Shown in pieces: positions 11,662 through 27,257 of a DNA stretch of 64,000 bases. The position numbers were made by a program, and so were the translations under genes. Within the stretch, counting starts at the first letter, position 1; the number at the start of each line of letters is the position of its first letter. This stretch comes from Balamuthia mandrillaris (taxonomy: Eukaryota), in contig JAVKOQ020000116.1 of assembly GCA_031835245.2 (NCBI GenBank), positions 62,001 to 126,000 of the forward strand, read 5' to 3'. A model generated the notes under the pieces. That model saw only the letters and a list, made by a program, of their open reading frames with translations, ran no database searches and was not told the DNA's origin.

Positions 11662-12353
11662 CTATGAGTGGTTCAACAAAGATCTCCGTTCCTCGTTTTG
11701 CATGCTCCTTATCTCGTAACGCTTGACAGCGATGAGGCTGCCCACTCCACACATGAACAACAGGATGATACCAGTCAATACGGATGCCACTATGATGAAC
11801 ACCTGTAATGCTTCTATACCACAGTTAATTCCCAAACATTACACTGAGAAAGAAGAAGAAGAAGAATAGGAAGAAGAAGGAGGAGGAAAAGAAGAACAAG
11901 AAGAAGAAGAGCAAGAAGAAAGCAAACCAGGTAAGGCATTCCACCCCCGTTGAGCATCACTGCCAGCCGGCCCTTCCACGCAGTCGTAGGTCTGCCACGT
12001 CAGATAGCAGTTATCACGAAAGTAGGTCTCCTCGAGGTGGCAGGCCTTCACCATTTCTAAACAGGTCTTCTGACAGGGTCCCACAAAGGCATGCTCGTGG
12101 TGCTCTTGGCAGTCAGGAAAGGAGCTGAAGCAGGACATTCGTTTGATGGTGTCCAAACAGTCGTCGGGAAGCGGAGCTTGTTTCACTGGAAACACAAATA
12201 AGGAGAGAGGAGACGAGGAGAGAAACAGAGAAGCGAGCGAGACAGAGAGAAGCGAGAGAGACAGAGAGAAGAGAGAAGAGAGATGACACTAAAGAAGAGA
12301 AGAACAGAGAAGCGGAGAAAGAGAGAAATAGAGCAGAGAGAAAGAGAGAGAGG

Positions 12354-12394
<41 letters not shown>

Positions 12395-12702
12395 AGACCG
12401 ACTTTCTCTACGTCACCAACGTACTGCTGGTAGATCTTGAGCGCCCTGTCATCAGACACAGTGGTGTTCGCACAATCAGGCAGCGAGGGGTCGATCTCGT
12501 GGGAAGAGCAAGAGATGCAGTGGGAGTAGTTGACATAGTTGGAGCAAAACACGGGCGGCGATACCTTGACGCTCTGACACTGCCGACAGGAGGACATCTG
12601 TGTAAGACGGTATGCCTCGCAGCTGCTGAGCGCCAGAAGGAGTCCATTGAGCAGAAGAAGAAGCCAACCACCACGGTGGCACAGCCGTTCTGCTCCGCTC
12701 AT
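11662..12702 (-). CDS. Single-pass membrane protein with signal peptide and Cys-rich (Frizzled-CRD-like) ectodomain, spliced
   Basis: Signal WLLLLLNGLLLALSSCEA; CLDTIKRMSCFSSFPDC...PCQKTCLEMVKAC pattern; TM VFIIVASVLTGIILLFMCGVGSLIAV; short tail, TAG at 11662-11664. Confidence 0.65.
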
Positions 12703-12934
12703 TCTTTTTCTTTCTTTTGTCAATCTACTTTTCCACGACGACACGATGAACTCCACGTCGTCCCGAGTAGTAACGACTGGGACGACGTGATAACTTAGTT
12801 TCGTGTCGTCCTGAATCTGCTGTGCTCTCTCCTGTACGCTCTCAAGTCTATCGCAAAAGAGAATTTTTTGGGCATCAAAAAAACAAAACAAAATAAACAA
12901 GGAGGTGGTGATATAAAGGCCGGAAGACAACCGC

Positions 12935-13625
12935 TCATCCAGCACCAGCCTCATCCCCACCGCCTCGTTGTTTGTATTCTGGTTTCAGTTCCCATTTGTT
13001 CTTGTTAGGACCTTTCTTGTTGATGGTGCATAACTCTGTCAATATTTGCTTCAACCACACCTTTTTTGTTTGTTGTTTTGTGTTGCGTTGTTAGCGTTAT
13101 CTCCAACGAAAGAAAAAGAACAGAAAAGAAAATAAAACGATAAAAGAAAACGAAAAGCGAAAAAGATTACGAGAGAGGTAAAAGGAAATAGGGAATAGAA
13201 AAATGAAAAGAAATCAAATGCGAAAAGTTACTCAGAATAGTAAGGTCGAAAAGAATGAAAGTACAAACCGTTGGCTGCTTAGTAACGTGCAACAAATCCT
13301 TGAGCGTCCAATAAGGCTTCTGTTCAAAGTGCAAGAACAGCAGATTGATGAGGTCTGGTCTATCGAGGCGCGTCTTCTTGTCGGGCGCTTCGGCTTTCTT
13401 TGGCGCCTGTCGAGTAAAAGGTTTTGGCTGAGAGGCCGGCTCACTATCGTCGTAGGGCCGTAGGAACATCGTCACTTGTTCGGAGGCCTCCTGGCGGTTC
13501 TTGACAAGGGTGCGGTAGGTCTTGGTGTCGTGTGGCTCGCATATCATTCGCGCTCCTACAGTGCCTTGCATCTTGACTCTTTTCTTTTGTCGCTCTGCAA
13601 AAAATAAAAGTTTGATTGAAAAGTT

Positions 13626-13658
<33 letters not shown>

Positions 13659-13670
13659 AAGAAGAAGAAG

Positions 13671-13702
<32 letters not shown>

Positions 13703-14289
13703 GAACAAGAAGAACAAGAACAAGAAGAAGAACAACAACATAAGGCAACAACATCAACAAGAAGAAGAGGAATAACAAGAAGAGGAAGCACAAAACAAAG
13801 TGAGCTAAGAGAGAAGAGCAAATTTGAACCTTCAATAAAACAGTAAGAAGGGTTCGGCACGGATTGGATCTTTAGCGTGTGTCTATCAGGATAAGTGCCC
13901 TGCTGCAAAATTTCAGGGGCGGTGATCTGAAGCTCCGCCCCAGAGAGCTTCCTCAAGTTTTCAGCCTCCTCTGCGACCTTCCTCTTGCGCACCTCCCCCG
14001 TCTGGCTCTTGGCACTGGGGCTCATCTCACGCCCGACGGCCTCCGTGATGGCGAAGAACTCCTCTGGCATGGTTACGCGCCCCAATTCAGCGCCTGGCGG
14101 GAGGTTGTGCCAGTGCTTGGCCACAAAGACGGGCATCTTGACGAGAAAGATGGGGCGGTTCACGCTCTCGAGCTCCACTTTGGAGACGTCCTCCGATTTG
14201 GCGAGCGACTCTGGCGCTGTCGCTGCCGCCGCCGCCGCCGACGAAGCGGAGGAGGAGGAGCTGCTGTCTCCCTCTTTTTTTGTCGACAT
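12935..14289 (-). CDS. GTF2F2: General transcription factor IIF subunit 2 (RAP30), spliced
   Basis: IFLVKMPVFVAKHW N-domain; winged-helix LFLHFEQKPYWTLKDLLHVTKQP...WLKQILTELC...WELKPEYK. Confidence 0.9.
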
Positions 14290-14533
14290 AGAGGAACCTG
14301 TGCTCACCACTCTTCTCAGTGTTTGGTTTGGAAGAAATAAAAGCCGAACGTTAAAATAGTGGTGGAGTTTGAGACAAAGGAAGGCAACCAACCGTTGGAC
14401 TTGGTAGAAGCAAGCCAACAACCTGGACAACAACAAAAAAAAAACAAAACAAAAGGGGGAAGAACGGGTTTTCTTTCTTTCTTCGTCTTTATACTTTACT
14501 TTGTGGCGAAGTTTCTGCCGTGAGGGGTCATAA

Positions 14534-14690
14534 TCAGATCAAAAACTTGATCTGAATTGAAATTTCGAAATAACCAGGAAGTTTCCTCGTAATATTTGAT
14601 CGGAATTGCGATGAACTTTCATCATAAATGACGAATTACGGAATTTTTGAACGTGGGAAGGCCGTTGGCCCAATGGCAATGCAACACGTG
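14534..14690 (+). promoter_or_regulatory. Divergent GTF2F2/Hsp101 promoter with HSE-like nGAAnnTTCn dyads and an ERSE-like CCAAT-N10-CACG element
   Basis: GAAatTTC 14559-14566, GAAgtTTC 14578-14585, GAActTTC 14613-14620; CCAAT 14670-14674 + 10 nt + CACG 14685-14688; 9-bp inverted repeat TCAGATCAA/TTGATCTGA at 14534-14555. Confidence 0.5.
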
Positions 14691-14889
14691 GGCAGGCCCA
14701 CTCCACGTAGAATCAGAGGCAGATAAAACAAAGTCTTGAGCCATCCACAGGCCACTATCGACGCACAAAAACCAAACGGGGATCACATCGTGGAGGAAGA
14801 CCACACATAACAAGATACACGCACAAGTCAGCCTCTGCACTCCGCTCCCCATTCTTCCTGTTCGCTCACTTTTCTGTTCGTGAAACAGC

Positions 14890-17800
14890 ATGACTTCATT
14901 TCGAACGATCCCGGCCATCCTTTTCGTCCTCTTTTGTGCGGTCGGGTTCCTGCCCCACCGCTCCATGGTGGCGGCCCAATGGGGCGTCGACCCCAACACC
15001 TTCACGCAGAAGACGGTCGAGATGTTGAACAACGCGGTCGCCTTGGCGCAGAGCCAGGGCAACGCCCGCCTGATGCCGGTCCATCTGGCCACCGCCTTGT
15101 TTGCCGACAACGACGGCCTCGCCAGAAGAGTTTGTGAGAGGGCCGGCATCTCAGTGAAAGCCATCAAAAATGTAAACTCTCTTCTCTCTCTCTCTCTCTC
15201 TCTCTCTCCGTTGCTTCTACTGCGTATGTTTCTCATTTCGTTTCTCTCTCTCTCTCTCTCTCTCTTTTGGTGTCGGCATTCATTGTGATTACTCTCTAGT
15301 GCATTTCTTTTCTCTTTCCGTTATGTGTTTCTTTTGCTTTCTTGTCGTTCCTTCCTTCCTTCTTACCTTCTGTTCTTTCTGTCTTTTTTGGTCGACGGAA
15401 ACTCACAATGCAACAAAACAACAGGGACTGAAGGACAAGCTAAACGGATTAGCCCAACAGAGTCCTCCCCCAGAACAAATCAGCACGTCGGCCGCCATCA
15501 CCAACGTCATATCCACGGCCGACACCGCACGCCGCAACAAGGGTGACCAGTTCTTGGCGGTCGATCATCTCTTAATGGGGCTTATGGGGGACGCACACGT
15601 GGGAGAGGTCTTTAACTCGGCTGGCTTCACACGCAGCCGCTTGGAGAGCGTCATCAACGAGATTAGAGGAGGGAGAAAAGTGGAGAGCCACAGCGCAGAG
15701 GCGGCCTACGAGGCGCTGAACAAGTACGGCACTGACCTGGTGGCTCTGGCGGAGGAGGGCAAGTTGGATCCGGTCATTGGCAGAGATGACGAGATAAGGA
15801 GGGTGGTAAGAGTGTTGTCAAGGAGGACCAAGAATAATCCGGTTCTTATCGGAGAACCTGGCGTAGGCAAGACTGCCATCGTGGAAGGATTAGCACAGGT
15901 TCGGCTCCCTTATTCTTCCTTTCCATCTTTGCTTCTGGTTATAATTCATTCATCTTATCTATTGCAGAGAATCGTAAGAGGAGATGTACCAGAGAACTTG
16001 AAGTATTGCCGAGTGGTAAGCTTGGACATGGGACGACTGGTAGCTGGTGCCAAGTATCGTGGCGAATTCGAGGAACGCCTCAAAGCAGTTCTCTCCGAGG
16101 TCTCCGACTCCGCAGGCTCCGTCATCCTCTTCATAGACGAGATGCACAACGTGCTTGGGGCGGGGAAGGCCGAGGGCTCTCCTATGGATGCTGCCAACCT
16201 CCTGAAGCCTATGTTGGCAAGAGGAGAGCTGCGATGCATCGGAGCAACCACCCTCGATGAGTACAGGAAGTACGTGGAGAAGGATGCTGCCTTTGAGAGA
16301 AGATTCCAACAGGTGTTTGTTGCCGAGCCCTCAGTGGAGGATACGGTAAGCATTCTCAGAGGGTTGAAGGATAGGTACGAGTCGCATCATGGAGTTCGGA
16401 TCTCGGACAGTGCTCTTGTGGCTGCTGCTCAACTTTCAGATAGGTAAGGACCACCTGGTTTTTGTTTATGTTTTGACACATACAATGACCCAAATTTCCG
16501 TCATTATATAGGTATATCATGGGTCGTTTTCTTCCAGACAAAGCGATCGATTTGGTGGATGAAGCTTGCGCCAACACGAGAGTCGAACTAGACAGCCAGC
16601 CTGAAGTCATCGATCAGCTGGAGCGCACCATTCTTCGTTTGGAGATCGAAGCAACAGCTTTAGAGAAGGAAGTAGAGACGGAGAAGAGAGACAGCCACCA
16701 TCTAGCCGTTCGCTTGGCGACCGTTCAAAGAGAGCTGGCAGAAGCCAACGAACGACTGGATGTCATCAAAGCCAAGTATCAGCAGGAGAAATCAAAACTA
16801 GATCGTCTGGCGGAGCTGAGAAAGGAGATAGAAGACACTGAATGGGCCATCGAACAGAACGAACGAAGATACAACCTTAACAAAGCTGCCGAACTACGGT
16901 ATGAGACTCTTCCTCAGTTAGAAAAAGAGCTTGAGCTGTTGGAAGCTTCTCATAAGCACGACGGCGAAGATGAAGAAGACTCAAGGCTGTTGGTGGAAAC
17001 GGTTGGACCTCAACAGATTGCTGAGGTGGTCAGTCGTTGGACTGGTATTCCAGTCTCCAAGCTCAGCCAGAGTGAGAGGGATAGGCTACTCTCCCTCTCT
17101 CAACGGCTACGTTCCAGAGTGATCGGACAGGATGCAGCTGTGACCGCCGTCGCCAACGCCGTTCTTCGCAGCAGAGCTGGACTGAGCCCTCGCGGGAAGC
17201 CACAAGGCACTTTCCTTTTTCTCGGTCCAACAGGAGTGGGCAAAACTGCTCTGGCTAAAGCCTTGGCGGAGGAACTCTTCGAAGATGCCGGCAACATCGT
17301 TCGCATCGACATGTCAGAGTACATGGAAGCCCATTCCGTAAGCAGGATGATTGGAGCTCCTCCTGGTTACATTGGTTACGACCAAGGAGGACAGCTGACG
17401 GAGAGCGTGAGGAGGAGGCCTTACACCGTGGTACTTTTGGATGAGATAGAGAAGGCCCACCCACTTGTCTGGAACGTTCTGTTGCAGGTGTTGGATGACG
17501 GACGCATGACCGATGGACAAGGACGGACCGTTGATTTCAGCAACACGGTCATCATCATGACCTCGAATCTTGGCTCTGAAGTGCTGCTTCAAGCTTTGGA
17601 TAGCAAAGCCAACGGAGGCAGCACCGGAGAAAACGTGAAAGAGCAAGTGATGGCTATAGTGCGGAGAAACTTCAAGCCAGAGTTTCTCAACCGGTTGGAT
17701 GATATCGTGGTCTTCAACCCGCTCACCCGCGCCGATCTTTTGTCCATCGTTCGACTGCAAATGAACTCGCTGGTAAAACCTCTTGCTGAGAGGCAGATCG

Positions 17801-18105
17801 AGCTGCAAGTATCGGACCGTGCGTTGGAGTTCGTCTTGGAGAAGGCATATCAGCCCGCCTACGGCGCTCGTCCCATTCGGCGTTTCGTGGAGAACGTCAT
17901 CGGAACAAAGCTCTCCGAGATGATACTCGGCGGAGAGCTCGCCGACCGCACCGCCCTGCGCATTGACCACGAAGCCGGAACGGACTCGCTTCGGTACCTA
18001 CCTAACCCCCGTGCAGCGGACTCTGCCACACCGAACACCACCTCGAACGAGGCCACCCTTGGGGGTCCCGCGCAGTTGCGCTCCGACGCTAGCATCCTCC
18101 TTTAG
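14890..18105 (+). CDS. clpB: Hsp101/Hsp104/ClpB AAA+ disaggregase with N-terminal signal-peptide-like extension, 4 exons
   Basis: Clp N-domain [12 protein letters not shown]1 [15 protein letters not shown]; coiled-coil M-domain (AAELRY); NBD2 [30 protein letters not shown]. Confidence 0.95.
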
Positions 18106-18276
18106 TTCTTCGAAGGGACACTTTTGTACATAACCTCTATACAAATTGTACAGTAAAATTGGTCCACTTGTGCACCAAATGTCCCCACATGTCGACAAAT
18201 AGAAATATAATGTCGACATATAGAAAAACGAAGAAAAGAAAAGAAGAAAAAGAGTCCTTCTGAGCTGCTCCCCTGT

Positions 18277-21210
18277 ATGTCGCTTTCACAGCAGGCCTCA
18301 GTAGCGCTGCGCAGGGCCGCGGCTACCTGTCGTCATCTCCATGGCGAAAGATCTCCAACAACCATGTACGTATGTTTGTATTTACTTAAGGGGGTTGTCA
18401 TGCGAAGCTGATCGCGCTTTTCGTTTCGGTGGTTTTTGTTTGTTTTTTCTGGTGGAGCAGAGAGGAAGGGCAGGAGCAGCTGCTGGGCTGTGCTAGCACG
18501 TCCGCTGTTGGTGAGCTTGCGTTTGATCCTGCGGCCATGTCGCTGCTGATGCTGCCGCGCAATCGAGAGGACCTGCACAAGGTGTGGCAGCTTGCCGAGG
18601 AGCCGCTCTTTGCAGAGTACCAGCCGGACCTCTCCCTCTCTGAGCAACGTGACCTTTGCTTCCGGTACCATCCTCTTCTCTGCTTCTCTCTTCGCTTTCT
18701 TCTGTTTCTTCTCTGCTTCTCTGCTTCTCTATTTCTCTTCTCTATGTGTGTCACTCATGCTCCTCACTCGTTCTCTTAAAAGACGCATGAAACGAGTGGT
18801 GGAGGCGAAAATATTCTCGGTTCGAGACCTGGAAACGGATCCTCATAGGTTTTGCAACGTGATGGCAGCCCTGTCGTTGCTGGACATGTCGGTGGTCGTC
18901 AAGTTTGCTGCCCAATACAGCTTGATGGGAGGTGGTCTGCTCAGCCTTGGCAGCCAGCGTCATCAACATCTTGTTGACGCTGTAACTAGCCTCGATCTAC
19001 TGGGCTGCTTCGCTATGAGCGGTTTGTGTTATTTTAGTTTTTTGTTTCTTCTTATTCTTGTTCTTGTTCTCGTTTTCTGCTTTCTCATGATGCTTGTACA
19101 GAATTGGGACATGGATCAGATGTGAGAGGACTAGAAACAACAGCAACATATGATCCTCAAACCAAAGAGTTTATCATCCACACTCCAACAACGCTCGCCC
19201 AAAAGTACTGGATCGGCGGCGCACTCACTGCCGAAAAAGGCATCGTCTTTGCTCAACTCGTAATGCCGGATGGCACCAATCATGGCATCCACACTTTTAT
19301 CTGTCCCATTCACCGTCCTTTGTCTGCGGAAGCAAGAAGTACAGCGAGCCTGGAGATGGTGCCGGGAGTAACAGTTACTGATGTTGGCGTTAAACTGGGT
19401 CTTAATGGAGTGGACAATGGGTGCATCCGCTTCGACCGGGTTCGTGTACCACGAGAGAACCTCCTCGACCGTTTTGGCAATGTAGATAAGAATGGGGTGT
19501 ACAGCAGTCCTATTTCTGATCCTGTTCGACGGTTTGCTGCGCATCTGGGTGCGTAATTAAGGCTGTCTGATATCCTCTCTTCTTTGTCTTCTCGTTGTTT
19601 CCCATCTCTTTTTGTTGCTCTCCTTTCTTCTCCATTTTCCTTCTTTTCAGTTGATTCTGACACCTCCACAATTACAGGAGAACTTGTTGGTGGAAGAGTG
19701 TTGCTTCAAGCAGCAGGCACCACTGTGGCCAAACAAGGTCTCATTATTGCCACTAGATATGCTCTCTCTCGTACTCAGTTTGGCGTTCGGTTGATGGATT
19801 ATTTGTCCCACCAACGTCGGCTACTTCCACTCATTGCTGAGGCTTATGCCCATACATTTATAAACAACTTTGTTATTCACAGGTACATTGCCTTCCTTCT
19901 CATTGTTATTGCGTTCTAGAAGTTTGTGTGCTTTTTCACTTTCTCTTTTTTTTTTCTTCTTATTCTTCTTCCTCTTCTTGTTCTTCTGCTTCATCTTCTT
20001 CTTCTTCTCGCATCTCGTCTCTGCCATTCTTAACAAATAACAAAATGAAAAACAACTATTAGTTTTGCAACAAAGAAACGCACTGGCATGGGGGTGGCAA
20101 AGGAAGTACACATCCTAGCCTCTGCTATGAAGCCACACAGCACCTGGTTCATGTCAAGGACGCTACAAATGGCTCGAGAGTGTTGTGGCGGATTGGGCTA
20201 TAGAGCCGATAGCCAGTTCAGTCTTCTCAAAGCAGATTCAGATGCGTTTCTTACATTTGAAGGCGACAACACAGTACATTCTATCTTCTGTTAACTATCA
20301 TCCATTATCATTCATTTGACCTCTCTCGTCAACATGAAAAGGTATTATATCAACAAGTGGCGAGAGAGCTGTTGACTCAGTACGTCAAGGGCTGTCGCAA
20401 CGGCATGCAGTTTAAGGACACATGGATGAGCTACATAAACGATATACAACCTCTTTTCCAACGGACAACCTCTTCTTCGAACCTGGACAGTTTTCAAGCG
20501 GAGCAGCTGCTCTGCCCGCACTTTCAGCTGAAAGCGTTCCAATTCCATGAAGGTATTCTTCACTATAGTCATCATGACTTCTTTTTTTCATGTTCTTGCT
20601 TGTTACATTCTTCTTATGACATCGAATTCCGTTCCACACAAATTAGGATATTTGGTGAGAGAACTGGCAGAGAGAATTAAAGCCCAAAGACAGAAGTCCC
20701 AAGCGGAAGCATGGAATGATAACCTAGACATTGCTCTACAAGCTGCCGATGCGTTTGCTGAGCGCTTGGTTCTAGTACGAAATCTTTTGTCTCCATCTCC
20801 TCCAGCAAAAGACAATTACACGTGCTCACCTATGTTACACCCAAAACAGCAACACTTTTTGGATGGTATCGCCCGTGCAGATAAATCATTGCAGCCGATG
20901 CTTCGCAAGTTATATTGTCTCTACGCTCTAGGACGTTTAGAGAAGCATCTCGTACGTCTTCTATTTACTCTCTTCTTTTGTTTTTTGTTCTCTTCTTTAA
21001 TTTCTTTAAAAATAGGGATTCTTCCTCAGTACCAGCTTTATGCCAAGCAGCACCAACAACAGAGACACCGGAGCACCGCTTCATTGCATCATCAGCAACC
21101 ACATCAACGAGCATTGCGTGGGTCTACGGCCTCACGTTTGCTCCCTGCTGGCGGGGTGGGGCTTTCCCGATGCGGTCGGAAGTGCTCCCATCGCTCATCG
21201 CGGATACTAA
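18277..21210 (+). CDS. ACOX: Peroxisomal acyl-CoA oxidase with N-terminal PTS2, spliced
   Basis: GCFAMSELGHGSDV, AQKYWIGG, GLNGVDNG, RECCGGLGY, TFEGDNT. Exon 1 MSLSQQASVALRRAAATCRHL splices in phase (18366-18460) to EEGQEQLLGCA; ends APIAHRGY TAA. Confidence 0.9.
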
Positions 21211-21498
21211 TAGCCTATTAGAATATCGACATTTTCGCATTATACCTATCAACTAATATGTTGATGCTGAAATCCTTATCGCATCACATGCAATGGATTG
21301 GTAATATGTATGCAAATAAGTCTAATAGACTATTAGATATTGAAAGATATAATAGGTTGATGTGCTGGTTATTACAATCAATTAATATAAATATCCGAAA
21401 CTACCGGAACCCTCGCCTTGTACTTCATTAAACAATTAGGTAACGCCAAACTTTAAACCCTAACACTTAGGACCAGAAGACAAAACAGAAAGAGGAAG

Positions 21499-22933
21499 AT
21501 GAGGACAGTTGTGTTGGCGGTGCTGCTTGTTGTCGGGTTCTTCGGTTTGTGGACACTCTTTTTTCTTTTCTTTTTTTTTTTGCCGTTGGTCTGGACCAGC
21601 GCCAAAAAAACGTTTGAACTCATACTTTATTGTTATTCCGAAAAAAAAAAGGAGCTGCTGAAGGAGCTACCAATAGTTATGTCCTTACCGAGCCTACTCT
21701 CCATTTCGAATGGCTAAACCTTACAGACATCGGTCAGGAGTTTCAGCTTTCTGCGGGTTGCGAAGACTTTTCTCTGGGCTTTGACTTTCCGTTCTTCAAC
21801 CAAACGTTCGCCTCTTTTTATTTTAGTTTTTGTGTGTTTTGGTCCTTTTTGTTTTAGTGGGGAAAAAGAGTCTTACAATACCCCGTGTAAAACCAGTTAT
21901 AACTCGATGAAAGCGCATTATGATGGCGTCCTCACGTTTGACGCTGCATGCCCTTCTTTGGGCAGTACCCTGAGCTGTTGGCCAACAGTTGCCTTCAGCC
22001 ATGCTATCGCTTGGTTCTACGGCTCTTTGGCGTCCTGCACGGACAACTTTCCGGGACAGTGCAGCTATCACTATGCCAGCCAACAGAACTGCAGTTATTC
22101 CCTCCTGAGCGACCACGCTTGCTTCGTCTTGGAGTTCAGAGACGTCTCTTGGGCTATTGGTACGTCCGTTAAACTGGTTCGCTCGTCATAAACAATACTA
22201 ACAAAAACCTTTCAAAACAAAACCAATTAAACTAAACAGCGGGCTTCGTTTACACGAAGGCAGTTACCGTTCAAACCATCTTGGTGGACAACGGTGTCAT
22301 CATCTTCCAATACAAGGATAAAGGAGAAGTGACCACGTGGAAGGGCGCCTTTGCTGGCATCCAAGACGCCAGCGCATCATTTACAGAGTTCGCTCTGATT
22401 CCTGAGGATTGCCCTGCCGCTCAACCTCGTTATCAGGAGGGAGGTCGTCCCTTCTTTGAGGATGGTACTGCCATGGCCTTCATCCCTGACGGCGAGAACA
22501 TCCCTTGCCCTCCCGACCGTCCTCTCCCCCTTTCGAGCAACAAGGAATGTACCTGTATAGACGAGGATGAAGTAAGTATACTTGTTCATGGCTTACCTTT
22601 TAGTTGAATTATTAACCTCCTCCTTCTACTTAGGATGGTTATCATTGTGATGACTTGTGTCCCGAAGATCCCAACAAGTCAGAGCCAGGCTTTTGTGGAT
22701 GCGGAGAGCCCGAAACCGACAGCGATGGAGACGGCACTCCCGACTGCGTGGATCTCTGCCCAGAGGATCCCCTAAAGTCCACGCCTGGCTTCTGTGGATG
22801 CAACGTGGAGGACATCGCGGAACCGGGACAGGGCATCAAGTGTCCTCCTGGCACTTTCAACAACGGAGATGGCAGCACTGCTGCTGCTTCTCTCTCTTCT
22901 CCTCTTCAAACTATCTCTGCTATTTTCATGTGA
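21499..22933 (+). CDS. Secreted/surface protein with NIDO-like domain and thrombospondin type-3-like Ca-binding repeats, spliced
   Basis: Signal MRTVVLAVLLVVGFFG; LGFDFPFFNQTYNSMKAHYDGVLTF; CPEDPNKSEPGFCGCGEPETDSDGDGTPDCVDLCPEDPLKSTPGFCGC. Confidence 0.7.
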
Positions 22934-23008
22934 AGCAAAATAATGTGAAGCAAAAGTTTTTTGGTGCTTATTTTTCTTATCTTTGCACTCTAAGAGGCAT
23001 TTTACAAG

Positions 23009-26596
<3,588 letters not shown>

Positions 26597-27257
26597 CTCC
26601 CGCCTACGGACGCTAGAGATATGGGGGAGATGGAAGGCGTGAAACAAGTTGGCAGGTTGGGCTTGGGGGCGAACTTGTCAAAAAAAGGAGCATGATCTCG
26701 GAAAGGAGGGCAGATCCGCAGCAAGTTTGGGAGTACAACTCTTCTGACAAGTCGTCCTGCATGTCGATGAACACGTTCCAAACCGTTTTCGCGGTTCGTC
26801 CGTCGAAAACGACTCTTGAGGTGTCCAAATTATTTGTGCGGCGGGTCCGTTTCTTCCTTTCAAGACAAACTAGCGTTCCGTCGGTAATTTTCGGTGCGCA
26901 AGCCAGTATCGTTCATCTAGCGTCACCGTGGCGATAAACTCGGTCCGAGCTATCTCATTTTTTTTTCCTGCTCGTAACTTTCTTTTGGGGGAAGTAGCAG
27001 ATGTCTGAAATTCGGTTGGGCAGCTCAGTTGAAAAACTTCCAATGGGGGTGGGCCGCCTGAAAACAAAAGAATCAAAACTTTGATTTCCATTGGGCAAGT
27101 CGTGATCTGTTCCCTCCTTTGTTTTCTATTGGTCATTCCCGCGACTCTTCAGGTCGCGAATTCCCCGCCGCCTGCCCTCTCGTCGCAGCCAACAACGGTA
27201 CTCCGCTTCGAAAGCCCCAAAGGGGTTGTGAGCAAGGTTGGCGTTTTCCAAGCAACA

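Noticed and set aside
26613..26863. Small ORFs upstream of the histidine kinase
   Set aside because: Non-ATG starts in the ORF track, no recognisable domain; cannot distinguish uORFs from chance.
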